Shown: positions 29,732-32,000 of the stretch, piece by piece
Layout: each line of letters begins with the position of its first letter
How positions within the stretch are numbered: the first letter of the stretch is position 1
DNA from: a cyanobacterium endosymbiont of Braarudosphaera bigelowii
GTDB taxonomy: Bacteria > Cyanobacteriota > Cyanobacteriia > Cyanobacteriales > Microcystaceae
Length of the DNA: 32,000 nucleotides
Assembly (NCBI RefSeq): GCF_020885515.1
Contig: NZ_AP024987.1
Coordinates: 330,001-362,000 of the forward strand
Reading direction: 5' to 3'
Notes under the pieces: model-generated
Database searches by the model: none
The model's input: the letters and a program-made list of their open reading frames with translations, nothing else
Told to the model about the DNA's origin: nothing
Made by a program: the position numbers and the translations under genes

Positions 29732-30889
29732 ATGCCCACTCGTCGTTCTTTCCTCAAGATAATTGAACTTTTAGCTATAGGACAACTGGTATCAGGGTGT
29801 AATAAATCAGATGCTGATTTAACGATTTCTCTATTAAAAGGTTCAGTTCCTCCTCAGTCATTAAAGCTATTTAACCAATATTTCGCTTCTAATACTTCTT
29901 TTGATTTTCAGTCTAGAGGACAGTTAATAGAATTATTTAGTTTATTAGAATATTGGCAAAGTAAACAAAAAAAACATATTAATAATAGCTGGCCTAAAGT
30001 TTCTATTTTAGGTTCACAAAAACCTTATATAAGCGATTTGCTAACATTAGGGGATTCTTGGTTAACTCAAGCTATTCAAAAAGATTTAATTCAACCTATA
30101 GCTATAGATAATTGGCACAATTGGCATAAATTACCATCCTATTGGCAAAATTTAGTAATAAGAGATCAAAGTGGAAATTTGAATAGAGATGGGTTTATTT
30201 GGGGAGCACCTTATCGATGGGGAACAACTTTAATAGCTTATCGAATTGATAAATTAAACTGGGATATTAAAGATTGGGACGATCTATGGAATCCAAAGTT
30301 ACAAAATCGCATTTCTTTAATTGATCAGCCTCGAGAAGTAATTGGTTTTACCCTTAAAAAATTGGGTAAATCTTATAACACTAAAAATATAAGGGGTATT
30401 CCTCAACTTAAATCAGAATTGAGGGCTTTAGATAAACAAATCAAGTATTATAACTCTCAATACTACTTACAGCCTTTGTTGATGGGAGAAGCTTGGGCAA
30501 GTGTTGGTTGGTCAAACGATATTATTCCAATACTTGCTAGAAATCGCAATATTAAAGCTATAGTTCCAGCATCTGGAACTTCTTTATGGTCAGATGTTTG
30601 GGTTGTGCCTAAAAAAAATAATATATCAGAATTATCAGATACGGCTCAAAAATGGATCGATTTTTGTTGGCAACCTGAAATGGCAGATCTAATTTCATTA
30701 TTTACAAATGCTTCTTCTCCTATGATCAATAATCTTGATACTGAACAACTTTCCCCTGAAATTGTTAGCAATCCTTTATTATATCTTCAAACTAAAACCT
30801 TTGATAAATGTGACTTTATAAAACCTCTATCAAAACAGGATCAAAAGGATTATATCGAGCTTTGGTCAAAAATTAAAAGCGTTAAATAA
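29732..30889 (+). CDS. Extracellular solute-binding protein, PotD/spermidine-putrescine-like, lipoprotein
   Basis: 385 aa. MPTRRSFLKIIELLAIGQLVSGC gives twin-arginine and lipobox. Body: GFIWGAPYRWGTTLIAYRIDKLNWDIKDWDDLWNPKLQNRISLIDQPREVIGFTLKKLGKSYNT and GEAWASVGWSNDI..IKAIVPASGTSLWSDVWVVP. Confidence 0.82.
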   Translation: MPTRRSFLKIIELLAIGQLVSGCNKSDADLTISLLKGSVPPQSLKLFNQYFASNTSFDFQSRGQLIELFSLLEYWQSKQKKHINNSWPKVSILGSQKPYISDLLTLGDSWLTQAIQKDLIQPIAIDNWHNWHKLPSYWQNLVIRDQSGNLNRDGFIWGAPYRWGTTLIAYRIDKLNWDIKDWDDLWNPKLQNRISLIDQPREVIGFTLKKLGKSYNTKNIRGIPQLKSELRALDKQIKYYNSQYYLQPLLMGEAWASVGWSNDIIPILARNRNIKAIVPASGTSLWSDVWVVPKKNNISELSDTAQKWIDFCWQPEMADLISLFTNASSPMINNLDTEQLSPEIVSNPLLYLQTKTFDKCDFIKPLSKQDQKDYIELWSKIKSVK

Positions 30890-31114
30890 AATTATATGAT
30901 TGTGTGAACATTTTAAATATATCTTGATAAATACTGATGGTTTCAGAATGCTTTTCCATTTAATACGTTTATACAACTATATTTATAGTTTATTGCTATT
31001 TCAATATTGTAATTTTGTTCAGATACAAGTATAGATATATTATTTATTTGTACTAAACGTTGTAAATATAAAATATCTGTTATCTTTATATAAATTAGTG
31101 ATCTTATCAAAGTC

Positions 31115-32000
31115 ATGAAACGTCGCCATTTTATTAGTAATACTGCATTAGGTACAACTGTTGCAACTGCTTTAGGATCTTGTACGAGTAATTCTATTCA
31201 AAGAAGCAATTATGATATTTCATTGCCTTTTGTGCATTGGAAAATGCAGACTAGTTGGCCCAGATCATTAGATACAATTTTTGGTGGAGCACAAACTATC
31301 TGTGACCGTGTTAATGGCATGAGTGGGGGAAAATTTGTCATCACACCATATGCTAGTGGAGAAATTGTGCCAGGATTGGAAGTTTTAGATGCTGTTCAAC
31401 AAGGTACGGTAGAATGTGGTCATTCTTCAAGTTATTACTACATAGGGAAGAACTCTACTTTAGGTTTTGGAACATCTATGCCTTTTGGTTTTAATGCACA
31501 GCAACAAAATGCTTGGCTTTATCATGGAGGTGGCTTGGAGGCTATGAATAGAGTCTATTCAGACTTTAACATCATTAATTTCCCTGCTGGGAATACAGGG
31601 GCACAAATGGGTGGATGGTACAAGCAAGAGGTAAAATCTGTAAATGATTTAAAAGGTCTAAAAATGAGAATTCCTGGACTAGGAGGTCAGGTTATGTCTC
31701 GTTTGGGTGTTAATGTGCAAGTTTTACCTGGAGGTGAAATTTTCCTTGCGTTAGATACTGGAGCTATAGATGCTGCAGAATGGATTGGTCCTTATGATGA
31801 TCAAAAACTGGGTTTAAACAAAGCAGCTTCTTATTACTACTATCCTGGTTGGTGGGAGTTAGGGGCAACTTTAGATTTGCAAATTAATAAAGATGCTTGG
31901 AGAAAATTGCCAAAGGAATATCAATATATTTTGAAAGCTGCAACAATAGAGGCAAATTCTAATATGTTAAGTAGATACGATGCCCAAAATCGGATTGCAC
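31115..32000 (+). CDS. TRAP transporter substrate-binding protein, DctP family (truncated by window end)
   Basis: Open frame from ATG 31115 to the window end. MKRRHFISNTALGTTVATALGSCTSNS, GANTVCDRVNGMSGGKFVITPYASGEIVPGLEVLDAVQQGTVECGHS-like region, KSVNDLKGLKMRIPGLGGQVMSRLGVNVQVLPGGEIFLALDTGAIDAAEWIGPYDD, YYYYPGWWELGATLDLQINKDAWRKLPKEYQ. Absent from the ORF track because no stop is reached. Confidence 0.92.
   Translation, partial: MKRRHFISNTALGTTVATALGSCTSNSIQRSNYDISLPFVHWKMQTSWPRSLDTIFGGAQTICDRVNGMSGGKFVITPYASGEIVPGLEVLDAVQQGTVECGHSSSYYYIGKNSTLGFGTSMPFGFNAQQQNAWLYHGGGLEAMNRVYSDFNIINFPAGNTGAQMGGWYKQEVKSVNDLKGLKMRIPGLGGQVMSRLGVNVQVLPGGEIFLALDTGAIDAAEWIGPYDDQKLGLNKAASYYYYPGWWELGATLDLQINKDAWRKLPKEYQYILKAATIEANSNMLSRYDAQNRIA

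Overview
This is an AT-rich cyanobacterial chromosomal window. Gene content includes PetG of the cytochrome b6f complex, a PucC/LhaA-like MFS protein, plant-type ferredoxin, a DUF3110 protein, a COP23-like secreted protein and MenE. It resembles the Crocosphaera/Cyanothece lineage and possibly a streamlined diazotrophic symbiont such as UCYN-A, but that placement is inference and no marker gene here proves it. I support 24 protein-coding genes. Three of these are absent from the ORF track: bL32, PetG and a 46-aa membrane protein. A fourth absent gene is a TRAP-type solute-binding protein cut by the window end. I saw no CRISPR array, transposase, tRNA, rRNA, or recognisable defence or secondary-metabolism system. 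The most interesting non-coding signals are: (1) a multi-helix candidate RNA element in the leader of the COP23-like gene, ending at its Shine-Dalgarno; (2) a set of long perfect inverted repeats (14-18 bp arms) after gene ends, mostly lacking a canonical U-tract; (3) a perfect 14-bp inverted repeat just upstream of a HlyD-family adaptor gene; (4) a locally GC-rich intergenic island upstream of dnaK. The most interesting coding signals are a GH116 glucosylceramidase-like enzyme, a pair of twin-arginine plus lipobox substrate-binding proteins (PotD-like and DctP-like), and a DUF21-CBS protein lacking the usual C-terminal CorC/HlyC domain. I found no convincing entirely new multi-gene system.
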